Shown: piece after piece, positions 1-10,262 of the stretch
How positions within the stretch are numbered: position 1 is the first letter of the stretch
Layout of the letters: each line of letters opens with the position of its first letter
Assembly: GCA_942492995.1 (NCBI GenBank)
Contig: OW818653.1
Coordinates: forward strand, 420,001 to 452,000
Reading direction: 5' to 3'
Length of the DNA stretch: 32,000 nucleotides
Source of the DNA: an uncultured Erysipelotrichaceae bacterium
Lineage (GTDB): Bacteria; Bacillota_I; Bacilli_A; Erysipelotrichales; Erysipelotrichaceae
Notes under the pieces: generated by a model
What the model was told of the DNA's origin: nothing
The model's database searches: none
Seen by the model: only the letters and a program-made list of their open reading frames with translations
Made by a program: the position numbers and the translations under genes

Positions 1-1808
1 ATTCCTTATTTAGGAAACTGGTACTTGTAATTATCGATGTACTTATCGTTAATATAGCGTATTATTTTGCGTTAATTATACGATTTGAAGGATTTGTACC
101 TTCGGTATTTATGGATGTATTTAATCTATCGTGGTGGAGTTTTACCATTACGATAATCGCATGTTATTACTGGATGGGTTTATATCATAGTCTATGGCGA
201 TATGCGAGTATTAATGAATTAGCGAAACTTGTGTTATCAACTACATTCGCATTTGGTTTAGAGTATGCATTAATTCTTATCATGCATTGGAATATGCCAG
301 AATCAGTCATGATCATTGCGTATATTCTAACAGTAATGGGAGTTTCTACTTCAAGATTATCGTACAGATATCTAAGACGAGTTAAATCAGAATTAAGAAA
401 TAAAACGAATAATAAACGAGTAATGATTGTAGGCGCTGGAGATGCTGGTGCTGCAATTATTAAAGAGTTAAAGATTAGTTCATATGCAAATGCGATTCCT
501 GTAGTTATTGTGGATGATGCAGTGTGGAAACAAAATACAATGGTTCATGGTGTACGAGTTAAAGGTACTACCAAGGATATTGAACATCTAGTCACAAATG
601 AACATATCGATGAAATTGTTATTGCGATTCCATCCATGAATAAAGATCGACTTAAAGAGATTGTTGCGATTTGTCAAAGAACACGTTGTACCGTAAAAAC
701 TTTACCGCATATCTCTGAAATGGATAATCAAAAAGCTGATTTATCGATATTAAGACAAATTGATATTGTCGATTTATTAGGACGTAATGAAGTTACGTTA
801 GATATTAGTGGCATTAATCAATTCATTGAGAATCAAGTCGTACTTATTACCGGTGGTGGTGGTTCGATTGGTTCTGAAATATGTAGACAATTAATTAAGT
901 TTAATCCTAAGAAACTATTAATTCTTGATATCTATGAAAATAATGCATATGATCTTCAACAAGCATTAAAACGTCAATATCCTGAAAAAGATATCGAAGT
1001 TATTATTGCGAGTGTACGTGATAAAGAACGTATATGTCGAATATTTGCACAATATCACCCAAGTATCGTATTCCATGCGGCAGCGCATAAACATGTACCG
1101 TTCATGGAAGATCATCCATCAGAAGCAATCAAAAATAATGTCATGGGTACACTTAACGTAGCGTTATGTGCACATGAGAATGATGTTAAACGATTCATAC
1201 TCATATCTACTGATAAAGCAGTTAATCCTACAAACATCATGGGTGCGACTAAACGCATCGCAGAACTCATTATTCAAAGCTTAAATCAACGTAGTAAAAC
1301 AGAATATGTGGCAGTTAGATTCGGCAATGTATTAGGCAGTAATGGATCAGTAATTCCTTTGTTTAAATCGCAAATCGCAGCTGGTGGACCTGTTACAGTT
1401 ACACATCCAGATATCACACGTTATTTCATGACGATCCCTGAAGCTTCTCGTTTAGTTATCCAAGCTGGAGCTATAGCGAAGGGTGGAGAAATATTTGTAT
1501 TAGACATGGGTGAACCTGTTAAGATTGTGGATCTAGCGAAACAAATCATATTACTCTCTGGTTATACCGAAGAAGAAATGCCAATTAAATTTGTTGGTTT
1601 AAGACCTGGTGAGAAATTATATGAAGAACTTCTACTTGAAGAAGAAGGATTAGCATGTACACATCAACCTGGCATCATGATCGCAAAACCATCTGAAATA
1701 CCATTCGATGAAGTATATGAAATCATATTAGATATTAGAGAAAGCCAATACGAGATAAGCAATTTAAAGAATAATCTTAAACGATTAGTTCCGAGTATGG
1801 AAGAATAG
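1..1808 (+). CDS. capD: CapD/PglF/EpsC-family polysaccharide biosynthesis protein (membrane-anchored UDP-GlcNAc 4,6-dehydratase), 5'-partial
   Basis: The frame is open from nt 3. The residues before the first ATG at 111 (SLFRKLVLVIIDVLIVNIAYYFALIIRFEGFVPSVF) read like the N-terminal TM segments of this family, so the gene starts left of the window. Motifs: SDR Rossmann ITGGGGSIGSE, HAAAHKHVP, STDKAVNPTNIMGATKR. Confidence 0.9.
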   Translation, partial: SLFRKLVLVIIDVLIVNIAYYFALIIRFEGFVPSVFMDVFNLSWWSFTITIIACYYWMGLYHSLWRYASINELAKLVLSTTFAFGLEYALILIMHWNMPESVMIIAYILTVMGVSTSRLSYRYLRRVKSELRNKTNNKRVMIVGAGDAGAAIIKELKISSYANAIPVVIVDDAVWKQNTMVHGVRVKGTTKDIEHLVTNEHIDEIVIAIPSMNKDRLKEIVAICQRTRCTVKTLPHISEMDNQKADLSILRQIDIVDLLGRNEVTLDISGINQFIENQVVLITGGGGSIGSEICRQLIKFNPKKLLILDIYENNAYDLQQALKRQYPEKDIEVIIASVRDKERICRIFAQYHPSIVFHAAAHKHVPFMEDHPSEAIKNNVMGTLNVALCAHENDVKRFILISTDKAVNPTNIMGATKRIAELIIQSLNQRSKTEYVAVRFGNVLGSNGSVIPLFKSQIAAGGPVTVTHPDITRYFMTIPEASRLVIQAGAIAKGGEIFVLDMGEPVKIVDLAKQIILLSGYTEEEMPIKFVGLRPGEKLYEELLLEEEGLACTHQPGIMIAKPSEIPFDEVYEIILDIRESQYEISNLKNNLKRLVPSMEE

Positions 1809-1819
1809 AGGGGGTTAAA

Positions 1820-2932
1820 ATGAATAATAAAATTTGGTTATCTTCACCTCATATGAGTGATGAAGGTTATGAAATGGAATATATAAAAGAAGCGTTTGAT
1901 ACAAATTGGATTGCGCCTTTAGGGCCAAATGTAAATGAGTTCGAAAAAGAATTTGCACATAGAGTCGGGATAAAACATGCGGCTGCATTAACAACAGGAA
2001 CTGCCGCAATTCATATGGCTCTTAAAGCATTAGATGTTAAGCAAGATGATATTGTGTTCTGTCAATCCTTAACATTCTCCGCAACAGCTAATCCAATAAT
2101 TTATCAGAATGCGACACCTGTATTTATCGATAGCGATTTCGAAACATGGAATATGGATCCAGAAATGTTAGAGAAAGCTTTTGAGAAATATCCACATCCT
2201 AAAGCAGTTATCATTGTACACCTCTATGGACTTTCCGCAAATCTTGATCGAATCATAGAAATCTGTAATTTACATAATGTACCTCTAATTGAAGATGCGG
2301 CTGAATCACTTGGAACAAGTTATAAAGGTCAAGCAACTGGTACGTTTGGAGATTATGGAATTTTTTCGTTTAATGGGAATAAGATTATTACTACTTCAGG
2401 TGGTGGAATGTTAGTCTCAAATAACGAAGAAATGATTCGAAAAGTGCGTTTCTGGGTTACTCAATCAAGAGAAAATGCGAGACATTATCAACACAATGAA
2501 ATTGGGTTTAATTATCGTATGAGTAATGTAGTAGCTGGAATTGGTAGAGGCCAATTAAAAGTACTTAATCAACGTATAAACAAAAAACGTTATATTTTTA
2601 ATTTTTATAAGAATGAATTAAGCAATCTTGATGGTTTAGAACTTATGCCAATAAATGAATGGAATACTCCTAACTGTTGGTTAAGCTGTATCCAGTTAAC
2701 GAAAAATGTAAAACCATTAGATTTAATGCTTGCCTTAGAAAAAGAAGATATTGAATCAAGACCTGTGTGGAAACCCATGCACTTACAACCTATATTCGAA
2801 AAATTCGATTATATTGGTTCAAATGTTAGTAATCAACTATTCGAAAATGGAGTTTGTTTACCTTCAGATACAAAAATGACAGACGCTGAATTAACAAGAG
2901 TTTGTCAAATAATCAAAGGTTTGTGGAAATAA
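1820..2932 (+). CDS. DegT/DnrJ/EryC1/StrS-family PLP aminotransferase (PglE/EpsN-like 4-aminotransferase of UDP-4-keto-6-deoxy-HexNAc)
   Basis: SD GAGGGGG at 1808-1814. Family-typical N-terminus IWLSSPHMSDEGYEMEYIKEAFDTNWIAPLGP and FSFNGNKIITTSGGGM (PLP-lysine region). Lies directly downstream of the 4,6-dehydratase. Confidence 0.88.
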   Translation: MNNKIWLSSPHMSDEGYEMEYIKEAFDTNWIAPLGPNVNEFEKEFAHRVGIKHAAALTTGTAAIHMALKALDVKQDDIVFCQSLTFSATANPIIYQNATPVFIDSDFETWNMDPEMLEKAFEKYPHPKAVIIVHLYGLSANLDRIIEICNLHNVPLIEDAAESLGTSYKGQATGTFGDYGIFSFNGNKIITTSGGGMLVSNNEEMIRKVRFWVTQSRENARHYQHNEIGFNYRMSNVVAGIGRGQLKVLNQRINKKRYIFNFYKNELSNLDGLELMPINEWNTPNCWLSCIQLTKNVKPLDLMLALEKEDIESRPVWKPMHLQPIFEKFDYIGSNVSNQLFENGVCLPSDTKMTDAELTRVCQIIKGLWK

Positions 2933-3640
2933 ATGCTATACAAAAAATACCTCAAACGTCCATTAGACTTAACATTATCACTAATTGCGATCGTAATACT
3001 TAGCCCAGTATTACTAATGGTCGCTTGTTTAGTAAGAATTAAACTTGGAACACCAATTATATTTAAACAAAAACGTCCTGGTCTAAATGAGAAAATATTT
3101 ACAATGTATAAATTTAGATCAATGACTGACAAAAAGGATAATAATGGGGAATTACTATCTGATAGTGAAAGATTAACTAGTTTTGGTAAATGGCTTAGAT
3201 CAACTAGCCTTGATGAATTACCAGAACTTTTTAATATTATCAAAGGTGATATGAGTATAGTAGGACCTAGACCTCAACTTGTAAAAGATATGGTGTTTAT
3301 GACTCCAGAACAGCGTAAACGACATACTGTAAGGCCTGGATTAACAGGGTTAGCACAAGTTAGTGGAAGAAATAGTATTACTTGGGAGAATAAGTTAAGA
3401 ATTGATTTGGAATATATCAAAGATATTCATTTATTAAACGATATACGAATTGTTATCTCAACATTTTTTAAAGTCTTTAAAAAAGAAGACATCTCTCAAG
3501 CAGGCTATGAAACAGGATTAGATTTAGGAGATCATTTGATGAAGATTAATAATATAAATCAAGAAGAATATGAATTATTATTTAAACAATCAAATGAATT
3601 GATTTCTATACACGGTAAAAAAAAATATGTTACAAAATAA
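2933..3640 (+). CDS. Bacterial sugar transferase: small monotopic initiating phosphoglycosyl transferase (PglC/WcfS-like)
   Basis: The start abuts the upstream stop (TAAATG). One N-terminal hydrophobic helix (LTLSLIAIVILSPVLLMVACLV). Hallmark motifs PIIFKQKRPG, MYKFRSM, DELPELFNIIKGDMSIVGPRPQ. Confidence 0.88.
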   Translation: MLYKKYLKRPLDLTLSLIAIVILSPVLLMVACLVRIKLGTPIIFKQKRPGLNEKIFTMYKFRSMTDKKDNNGELLSDSERLTSFGKWLRSTSLDELPELFNIIKGDMSIVGPRPQLVKDMVFMTPEQRKRHTVRPGLTGLAQVSGRNSITWENKLRIDLEYIKDIHLLNDIRIVISTFFKVFKKEDISQAGYETGLDLGDHLMKINNINQEEYELLFKQSNELISIHGKKKYVTK

Positions 3641-4607
3641 GCAATCAGTTACAGTTTTAATCCCTATCAGAAATGAAGAAAAATACATTGAAAAATTTAT
3701 TCAATCATTATTGAATCAAGATTATCCTAAAACTGATTTGAAGATAATATTTATTGATGGAAGTTCTTTAGATAATACTAAGAAAATAATAAATAATTAT
3801 ATTAGGATGTATCCGGAATTAATAGAAATCTTCGATAACCCCAAAAAAACTGTTCCTTATGCAATGAATATTGGAATAAAAGATTCAAAAAGTGAAATTA
3901 TTGTAAGAATGGATGCACATAGTGAGTATCCAGAGAATTATATTAGTAGTTGTATTAGTACGATAAAAAGAATTAATGCAGATAATGTTGGAGGTTTAGC
4001 TATTACTAAAGGGATTGGTTTAATTGGCGAAGCTTTTGCAGAAGTCCTTTCTTCGAAATTTGGAGTTGGTAATTCTTCCTTTAGAACTAATGCCAATTCA
4101 GGCTTTGTTGACACAGTTCCATTTGGAACGTTTTATAGAGAAACGTTTCATAAGTTTGGTTTTTTTGATGAACGATTAACAAGAAACCAAGATTATGAAT
4201 TAAATTACCGAATTAGAAAAAAAGGTGGAAAAGTTTATCTAAACTCTGAAATTAAACTCACTTATTTTTGTAGAAATACTTTAAAAAGTATAATTAGTCA
4301 AAGTTATGAGAATGGAAAGTGGAATATTCTTACATCGAAGCTATGTCCAGGTACTATGTCATTAAGACACTTTATACCTATGTTATTTGTATTAACGATA
4401 TTAATGTTATTGATATTAAGTTTCTTTTCGTTTTTTTTCTTAATATTACTAATTATCGAACTAAGTGCATATTTATTTGTTGGAGTCTTATTCTTCAATA
4501 CAATTAAAAACAAAATAAGAATAAAATTGATCTCGATGATATTACTTCCTATTTTCCATTTTTCATATGGAATTGGATCTTTAATTGGAATTTTTCAAAA
4601 TATTTGA
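3627..4607 (+). CDS. Family 2 glycosyltransferase with C-terminal transmembrane segments
   Basis: VTVLIPIRNEEKYIEKFIQSLLNQDYP, IFIDGSSLDNT and RMDAHSEYP are GT2 (GT-A) signatures. Hydrophobic C-terminus (FIPMLFVLTILMLLILSFFSFFFLILLIIELSAYLFVGVLFF). Overlaps the upstream gene by 14 nt. Confidence 0.8.
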   Translation: MLQNKQSVTVLIPIRNEEKYIEKFIQSLLNQDYPKTDLKIIFIDGSSLDNTKKIINNYIRMYPELIEIFDNPKKTVPYAMNIGIKDSKSEIIVRMDAHSEYPENYISSCISTIKRINADNVGGLAITKGIGLIGEAFAEVLSSKFGVGNSSFRTNANSGFVDTVPFGTFYRETFHKFGFFDERLTRNQDYELNYRIRKKGGKVYLNSEIKLTYFCRNTLKSIISQSYENGKWNILTSKLCPGTMSLRHFIPMLFVLTILMLLILSFFSFFFLILLIIELSAYLFVGVLFFNTIKNKIRIKLISMILLPIFHFSYGIGSLIGIFQNI

Positions 4608-4621
4608 TTGAAAGGGAAAAT

Positions 4622-5941
4622 ATGAAACTTTATGAAAGTATAGTTAACGGCTTTGATAAAATAGCAGTAGTAGGATTAGGGTATGTTGGAATGCCAATTG
4701 CAGTTTCATTCGCTAGAAAAGTTAAAGTCATTGGTTTCGATTTAAATATAAATAAAATCGATTTATACAAATCAGGTATTGACCCAACAAATGAAGTGGG
4801 TAATGATGTCATTACTAAAACATTAGTTGATTTTACATCTAACGAAAAAAAAATAAGTGAAGCGAAGTTTATAATTATTGCTGTCCCGACACCAATAAAT
4901 CTTGATAAGACTCCTGATCTGGAACCAGTTATTAACGCGAGTAAAATTGTTGGTAGAAATTTGAAAGAAGGTTCAATAATAGTTTTTGAGTCAACTGTTT
5001 ATCCAGGAGTTACAGAGGATGTTTGTATTCCCATTCTAGAAAAAGAATCAAACTTGAAATGTGGGTATGATTTTAAAGTTGGATATTCGCCAGAACGGAT
5101 AAATCCTGGTGATAAAATTCACAGATTGGAAAATATTATGAAGTTAGTATCAGCAACTGATGCTAATGCACTTGATGAAATTGCGAAAATATATGAGTTA
5201 ATTATTGAAGCTGGTGTATATAGAACAAAATCAATTAAAATCGCAGAAGCTGCAAAAGTTGTTGAGAATAGTCAAAGAGATATAAATATTGCATTTATGA
5301 ATGAATTGGCGATGGTATTCGATAAAATGAATATTGATACAAAAGATGTTATTGATGCAATGAATACAAAATGGAATGCACTTAAGTTCACTCCTGGATT
5401 AGTAGGTGGGCATTGCATAGGGGTTGATCCATATTACTTCATATATGAAGCTGAAAAGCTAGGCTATCATAGTCAAATCATATTATCAGGAAGAAAAATT
5501 AATGATGGAATGGGAAAATTTATAGCTGATGTTATCATAAAGAAATTAATTCAAACAAATAAAATTGTAAGTAAATCGAAAGTTGTAATACTTGGCTTAA
5601 CATTTAAGGAAAATACACCAGATTTACGGAACTCAAAAGTAATAGATATAATTCATAGCTTAAATGAGTATGGTATTAATCCAATAATAGTTGATCCTGA
5701 AGTAAATCAATCGGATGCTAAACATGAATATAATATTGAGTTAACTAATCAAAGCGAGATTAAGAATGCTGACTGTGTAATTTTTGCTGTAGCACATGAA
5801 ACATTCAAGAATATGGATATTGAACAAATTGACTCGATGTTTTTAAATTGTCCAAATGAAGAAAAAGTTATTATTGATATCAAAAGTATTTTGAATGATG
5901 AAGAAATTCGAGCTAAAAATTATTGTTTTTGGAGACTATAA
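4622..5941 (+). CDS. Nucleotide-sugar 6-dehydrogenase, UDP-N-acetylhexosamine type (TviB/WbpO/Cap5O-like; UDP-ManNAc or UDP-GlcNAc/GalNAc dehydrogenase)
   Basis: Rossmann motif VVGLGYVGMPIA, catalytic-Cys motif GLVGGHCIGVDPYY, NSQRDINIAFMNE. I prefer the ATG at 4622 (AAGGGA at 4612-4617 just upstream) over the TTG at 4604 in the ORF track, which overlaps the upstream stop codon. Exact substrate cannot be decided from sequence alone. Confidence 0.82.
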   Translation: MKLYESIVNGFDKIAVVGLGYVGMPIAVSFARKVKVIGFDLNINKIDLYKSGIDPTNEVGNDVITKTLVDFTSNEKKISEAKFIIIAVPTPINLDKTPDLEPVINASKIVGRNLKEGSIIVFESTVYPGVTEDVCIPILEKESNLKCGYDFKVGYSPERINPGDKIHRLENIMKLVSATDANALDEIAKIYELIIEAGVYRTKSIKIAEAAKVVENSQRDINIAFMNELAMVFDKMNIDTKDVIDAMNTKWNALKFTPGLVGGHCIGVDPYYFIYEAEKLGYHSQIILSGRKINDGMGKFIADVIIKKLIQTNKIVSKSKVVILGLTFKENTPDLRNSKVIDIIHSLNEYGINPIIVDPEVNQSDAKHEYNIELTNQSEIKNADCVIFAVAHETFKNMDIEQIDSMFLNCPNEEKVIIDIKSILNDEEIRAKNYCFWRL

Positions 5942-5955
5942 AGGATAAATCAATT

Positions 5956-6741
5956 ATGAAAATAGAAGTTTTAGCTTCAGTAATGAATCAAACTGATTAT
6001 AGTATTGTAGAGAAAATGAATTTGAATACTAATGCTATTATTATTAATCAAAGTAATGATGTCAAATTCAATGAATTTTTCTATAAAAACAGTAAAATTC
6101 GATTTTTTACATTTAATGAAAGAGGAGTAGGTTTAAGTAGGAATAATGCGATATTGAGAGCGGAAGCTGACATTTTACTATTTGCAGATGAAGATATAGA
6201 GTATGTAAATAATTACGATCAAATTGTTATAAATGCATTTTTAGAAAATCCAGATGTTGACATGATTTTATTTAATGTTCCAAGCAAAAATATAAATAGA
6301 CCTACATATATTATTAATAAAAAAAGTAGAGTTCATTTCTATAATTGTTTAAGATATGGTGCAGTTAAAATAGCTATAAAACGAAAATCATTGGTAAAGA
6401 AAAATGTATATTTCTCTCCACTTTTTGGAGGGGGAGCGAAATATAGTGCAGGCGAAGATAGTCTATTTATTGCGGAATGTATAAAACATAAAATGAAAGT
6501 AATCACAAATCCTTCTATCATTGGATATGTTTCTCAAGAATCTTCTTCATGGTATCAAGGTTTTAACGATAAATATTTTATAGATAAAGGTGTATTCTTT
6601 TATTATTTAAATCATAAATTTTCGATTTTTTTTGGTATATATTATATTATTAAGCATATGAGTAAGTTTCAAGTTGACAAGGATTTATTTAGTGCATTTA
6701 AGTTAATTTTAAGAGGAATCAAAATTGCTAAAAAAGATTAA
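5956..6741 (+). CDS. GT-A fold glycosyltransferase (family 2-like)
   Basis: MKIEVLASVMNQ..., NERGVGLSRNNAILRAEADILLFADEDIEY (DXD-type DED). ATG at 5956 preceded by AAGGAT at 5941-5946. The longer ORF-track start at 5923 lies inside the upstream gene. Confidence 0.65.
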   Translation: MKIEVLASVMNQTDYSIVEKMNLNTNAIIINQSNDVKFNEFFYKNSKIRFFTFNERGVGLSRNNAILRAEADILLFADEDIEYVNNYDQIVINAFLENPDVDMILFNVPSKNINRPTYIINKKSRVHFYNCLRYGAVKIAIKRKSLVKKNVYFSPLFGGGAKYSAGEDSLFIAECIKHKMKVITNPSIIGYVSQESSSWYQGFNDKYFIDKGVFFYYLNHKFSIFFGIYYIIKHMSKFQVDKDLFSAFKLILRGIKIAKKD

Positions 6742-7012
6742 TTGTGATAAGAAAGTTTTCATGAAAATCAACAAGATTTATCAAATATTGAGATTTTAAA
6801 ATATTAAAATTCACGTAATGTAGAATTTGATTCCTGTTAAATTAATATAAATTTTGAGGTTTTTAAAAAAATATAATCAATTATATTAACTAAACCATTT
6901 TTTTATATATTATTAGTGACTTATTTGAATTTAATGAAAATTAAATCATCAATACTAATATTTTATTTTATAACTTGATTTTAATTATATTTTAATTTAA
7001 CAGAGGTGAAAT

Positions 7013-7957
7013 ATGTTATTTTCAATAATTGTCCCAGCTTTTAATGCGGAAAAATATATAAGTAGAAGTATTTTAAGTGTTTTAAATCAAACATTTACGG
7101 ACTTCGAGCTAATAGTTGTTAATGATGGCTCTAAAGATAACACTCTTAATTGCATAGAATTATTTAAAGATAATCGTCTAAAATTAATAAATCAAAGCAA
7201 TCATGGTGTTTCTAATGCAAGGAATACAGGAATTGTAAATTCATTAGGCGATTATATATGTTTTCTTGATGCTGATGATGAATATATGGTAAATCATTTA
7301 GAACATTTATCAAATCTTATTGCTATAAATTTAGATAAAGTTTTTTTTGCAACTAGGTTCTCACTATGCTTGCGAAATTCTAATAAAATAATAAGGCCAA
7401 ATACAACTGGAGCCATTGAATATATTGAAAATTTACTTGAAGTGAAACAAAAAAAATCTGAAGTTATTTGGACTGGATGTGTTTGTATTAAACGTGATAT
7501 GTTTGCAAAATATGGAATGTTTGAAGAGCGCTTGAGCTTAGGTGAAGATACTGATATGTGGAAACGAATTTATATACACTCAGGTGTTCTGTTAAGCGAC
7601 AATGTAACAGTCAAACGAAATAGAGACGGAAGTGAAGCAACAAAAATTTATACAAGAAATTTCGATGTAGATCCATTAAATCGTATGTCAATGTTTATGA
7701 ATGATTTAACAATAAAAGAAAGTGTAAAAAATAGTTTAGTAGTTGAGAATGAGTTAATTAAATTACAAGTGGTTAGATCATATATTTTTATTGGAAATAA
7801 TCAGACAGCAAAACAGAAAATGAAACTAATTAACATAAATATAATTCCAAAAAGTCGAGTACTAATTACTTATATTTGTTTTTATATTCCATCGTGCTTT
7901 ATTAGGAGTTACATGAAAATTAAAAATAGAGGAGTATATGATGGTGCATATAAATGA
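7013..7957 (+). CDS. Family 2 glycosyltransferase
   Basis: FSIIVPAFNAEKYISRSILSVLNQTFTDFELIVVNDGSKDNT, ARNTGI, FLDADDEY. SD AGAGGTG at 7002-7008. Confidence 0.85.
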   Translation: MLFSIIVPAFNAEKYISRSILSVLNQTFTDFELIVVNDGSKDNTLNCIELFKDNRLKLINQSNHGVSNARNTGIVNSLGDYICFLDADDEYMVNHLEHLSNLIAINLDKVFFATRFSLCLRNSNKIIRPNTTGAIEYIENLLEVKQKKSEVIWTGCVCIKRDMFAKYGMFEERLSLGEDTDMWKRIYIHSGVLLSDNVTVKRNRDGSEATKIYTRNFDVDPLNRMSMFMNDLTIKESVKNSLVVENELIKLQVVRSYIFIGNNQTAKQKMKLININIIPKSRVLITYICFYIPSCFIRSYMKIKNRGVYDGAYK

Positions 7958-8979
7958 CTGATTTAGTAAGTATAATAGTTCCTATTTATAATATGGAAAA
8001 ATCATTAATGTCATCAATAAGTTCATTACTTTTACAGGATTACTATAATATTGAAATAATACTTATTGATGATGGGTCAACAGATGCTAGTTTTGATATT
8101 TGTAAAACTTTAGCATCTAGAGATAATAGAGTAATTGTTCAACATACAGTAAATCAGGGCTCAGGTTCAGCTCGGAATTTTGGTATAAAACTAAGTAAAG
8201 GGAAATATTTATATTTCCCCGATGCAGATGATAAACTTGAATCCACAGCAATTTCTATATTAGTTTCATCAATGAATCATGGAGAAAATGATTTGGTTGT
8301 ATTTGGATATCAATGTAGAACACATAAAAATGAAATAATTTTCGAAAAAAAATATTTAAATTTCTCAAATACAGGTGACATTATAAGATATAATTATGAA
8401 GATTATTTTAATATGCAAAATTGTTTTAGCATTCAAGGTGCTCCATGGAACAAGTTTTTTGATGGAGATAAAATACGGGAAAATAATATACTTTTCCCTT
8501 TGTTAAAAAGACATCAAGATGAAGGTTTTATATCAAGGTATATGTGTTATTCAAAGAATGTAGTTTTTATACCTGAAGTACTCTATATATATTATCAAAA
8601 TACTATTCAACATGAATGGAGAAAATATCCGTTAGATTATGTCGAGTCAGTTATAGGACTTCACAAAATTTGGAATGAAACAATATGTTCGTGGAACAAA
8701 GATGATTTTAAGACACATTTATTAGTTAAAAAGGAAATTCTTTCTAAGTCAATTAAAGTATTAGAATTATCTTTTTCACCAAGAATGAAATTAAATTTCT
8801 TTACACGTAAATATTGGTTAAAAGAAATGTGTAGAAAACTTCATATTTCCAGATTTGGTTTATTTGAAGCTGATAGTTTATACCAAAAAAGTTTATTAGT
8901 ACTCTCAAAAATACATTCTTATTCTATTATGTCGTTTTTGTTAAAATTAAGTGTTATAAAAAGACAAATCAATCAATAA
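7954..8979 (+). CDS. Family 2 glycosyltransferase
   Basis: VSIIVPIYNMEKSL...LLLQDYYNIEIILIDDGSTDAS, SARNFGI, YFPDADD. ATGA overlap with the upstream gene. Confidence 0.85.
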   Translation: MTDLVSIIVPIYNMEKSLMSSISSLLLQDYYNIEIILIDDGSTDASFDICKTLASRDNRVIVQHTVNQGSGSARNFGIKLSKGKYLYFPDADDKLESTAISILVSSMNHGENDLVVFGYQCRTHKNEIIFEKKYLNFSNTGDIIRYNYEDYFNMQNCFSIQGAPWNKFFDGDKIRENNILFPLLKRHQDEGFISRYMCYSKNVVFIPEVLYIYYQNTIQHEWRKYPLDYVESVIGLHKIWNETICSWNKDDFKTHLLVKKEILSKSIKVLELSFSPRMKLNFFTRKYWLKEMCRKLHISRFGLFEADSLYQKSLLVLSKIHSYSIMSFLLKLSVIKRQINQ

Positions 8980-9010
8980 TAAATTAGTATTAATTTAAAA
9001 GGTGAAAATA

Positions 9011-10261
9011 ATGAATGATATAGTATTGAATTCTAAAAAAGGTTTTAAAATTAATCAAGATATGGTATTTTCAATACTAATTGCAGTGTTGTTTTGTCAT
9101 CAAACATTGTTTTCATATTTTGTATATGTAATTGATAGAATTCCTTTAATTTCATCATTTAAATATTTTTTCTTTCCAATTTTATATATAACACTTTTTA
9201 CTTTATCTTTTAATAAGAAACGCTTAAAATTCATCAAGATTTATGATTTATTATTAATACTTTTTTTTGTAATCTCAGTTTTTATTACAACAATTTTTTA
9301 CCCAAATAACTATCCCTATATTGCCTCTTCATTAACTTCTCAAATTTTGCCATGTGTTCCATTCTTTTTTATCGGTTTAAGTTTTTATGCTGAAGACCAA
9401 ACAATAAATACAGTATATTTATTTAGTTGCATTGCTATAATTATTAATATACTTTATGTTTTCTATTTCATTAGTTCTGGAAGAAATCTTGGTGGTGATA
9501 ATGTTGGATATAGTATGTATTGGTCCTATTTATTACTACCTAATATAATGATTGTAATAGAATATGCATTTAGGGAAAGGAAGTTATTTTCTATATTTTG
9601 TTCAATTTTAGGAATCATTTATACATTTGCTATGGGTACAAGAGGACCGATTGTAATTCTGTTTTTTTATATAGTTGTATCATTTTGGATCAGTTTAAAA
9701 ATTGATAAAATCAAAAAAATATTCTTATTTTTGATAGCAATAGGTTTTATTTTATTATTCTTTTATTCGCCCCTGTATTTGAATTTTTTATCTATTATCA
9801 GAGTTGGATTTATGAATAATGGTGTATCAACTCGAGTTATAGATTATCTGATTAATGGTGAAATAATTTCTTATACTTCAGGAAGATTAGATATTACTCA
9901 AAATCTATTAATTAAACTATGGGAACAACCAATTTTTGGTTATGGAGTTTATGGTGAATGGCCATTAGGTTATTATTCAGCACATAATATTTACCTAGAA
10001 ATAGTATTTCATTTTGGAATAATTTTGGGTTCAATTATGATAGTTGGATATATTGTGAAATATTTGAAAGCTTTATATGTTTCAAACAATGAATTAGCGA
10101 AAAGATGGTTAATTATGTTTGGATGTTTAGTGTTTGTAAAAGGCATCTTTGGTGGACGATACATGGAATATACGTTGTTTTTTCTTTTAGGTTTTAGTTT
10201 AAAAGAAATCAGAAATGCAAAAATTATTAAGAAACAACGTCGCATTATTGAGGTAAGTTAA
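9011..10261 (+). CDS. wzy: O-antigen/capsule repeat-unit polymerase (Wzy; O-antigen ligase-like family membrane protein)
   Basis: About 10 or more hydrophobic segments. FAMGTRGPIVILFFY motif typical of the Wzy_C/O-antigen ligase family. Large loop followed by YSAHNIYLEIVFHFG. ATG at 9011 has AAGGTG (8999-9004) 6 nt upstream. The ORF-track GTG at 9002 sits inside that SD. Confidence 0.7.
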   Translation: MNDIVLNSKKGFKINQDMVFSILIAVLFCHQTLFSYFVYVIDRIPLISSFKYFFFPILYITLFTLSFNKKRLKFIKIYDLLLILFFVISVFITTIFYPNNYPYIASSLTSQILPCVPFFFIGLSFYAEDQTINTVYLFSCIAIIINILYVFYFISSGRNLGGDNVGYSMYWSYLLLPNIMIVIEYAFRERKLFSIFCSILGIIYTFAMGTRGPIVILFFYIVVSFWISLKIDKIKKIFLFLIAIGFILLFFYSPLYLNFLSIIRVGFMNNGVSTRVIDYLINGEIISYTSGRLDITQNLLIKLWEQPIFGYGVYGEWPLGYYSAHNIYLEIVFHFGIILGSIMIVGYIVKYLKALYVSNNELAKRWLIMFGCLVFVKGIFGGRYMEYTLFFLLGFSLKEIRNAKIIKKQRRIIEVS

Positions 10262-10262
10262 A

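Noticed and set aside
6756-6767. Perfect 12-nt palindrome TTTTCATGAAAA just after the GT-A gene stop, considered as a terminator or operator.
   Set aside because: It is too short and AT-only to form a stable hairpin (at most 4 bp with a loop), and no T-tract follows. Such palindromes are frequent in AT-rich spacers.
3617-9268. Homopolymeric A/T runs in capsule genes as possible slipped-strand phase-variation switches: A9 3617-3625, T8 4431-4438, A9 4845-4853, T8 7341-7348, A8 7449-7456, A8 8345-8352, T8 9261-9268.
   Set aside because: In sequence this AT-rich, runs of 8-9 A or T are expected by chance at roughly this density. They show no preference for 5' ends of genes. There is no evidence here of length polymorphism. 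Only population resequencing could revive the idea.
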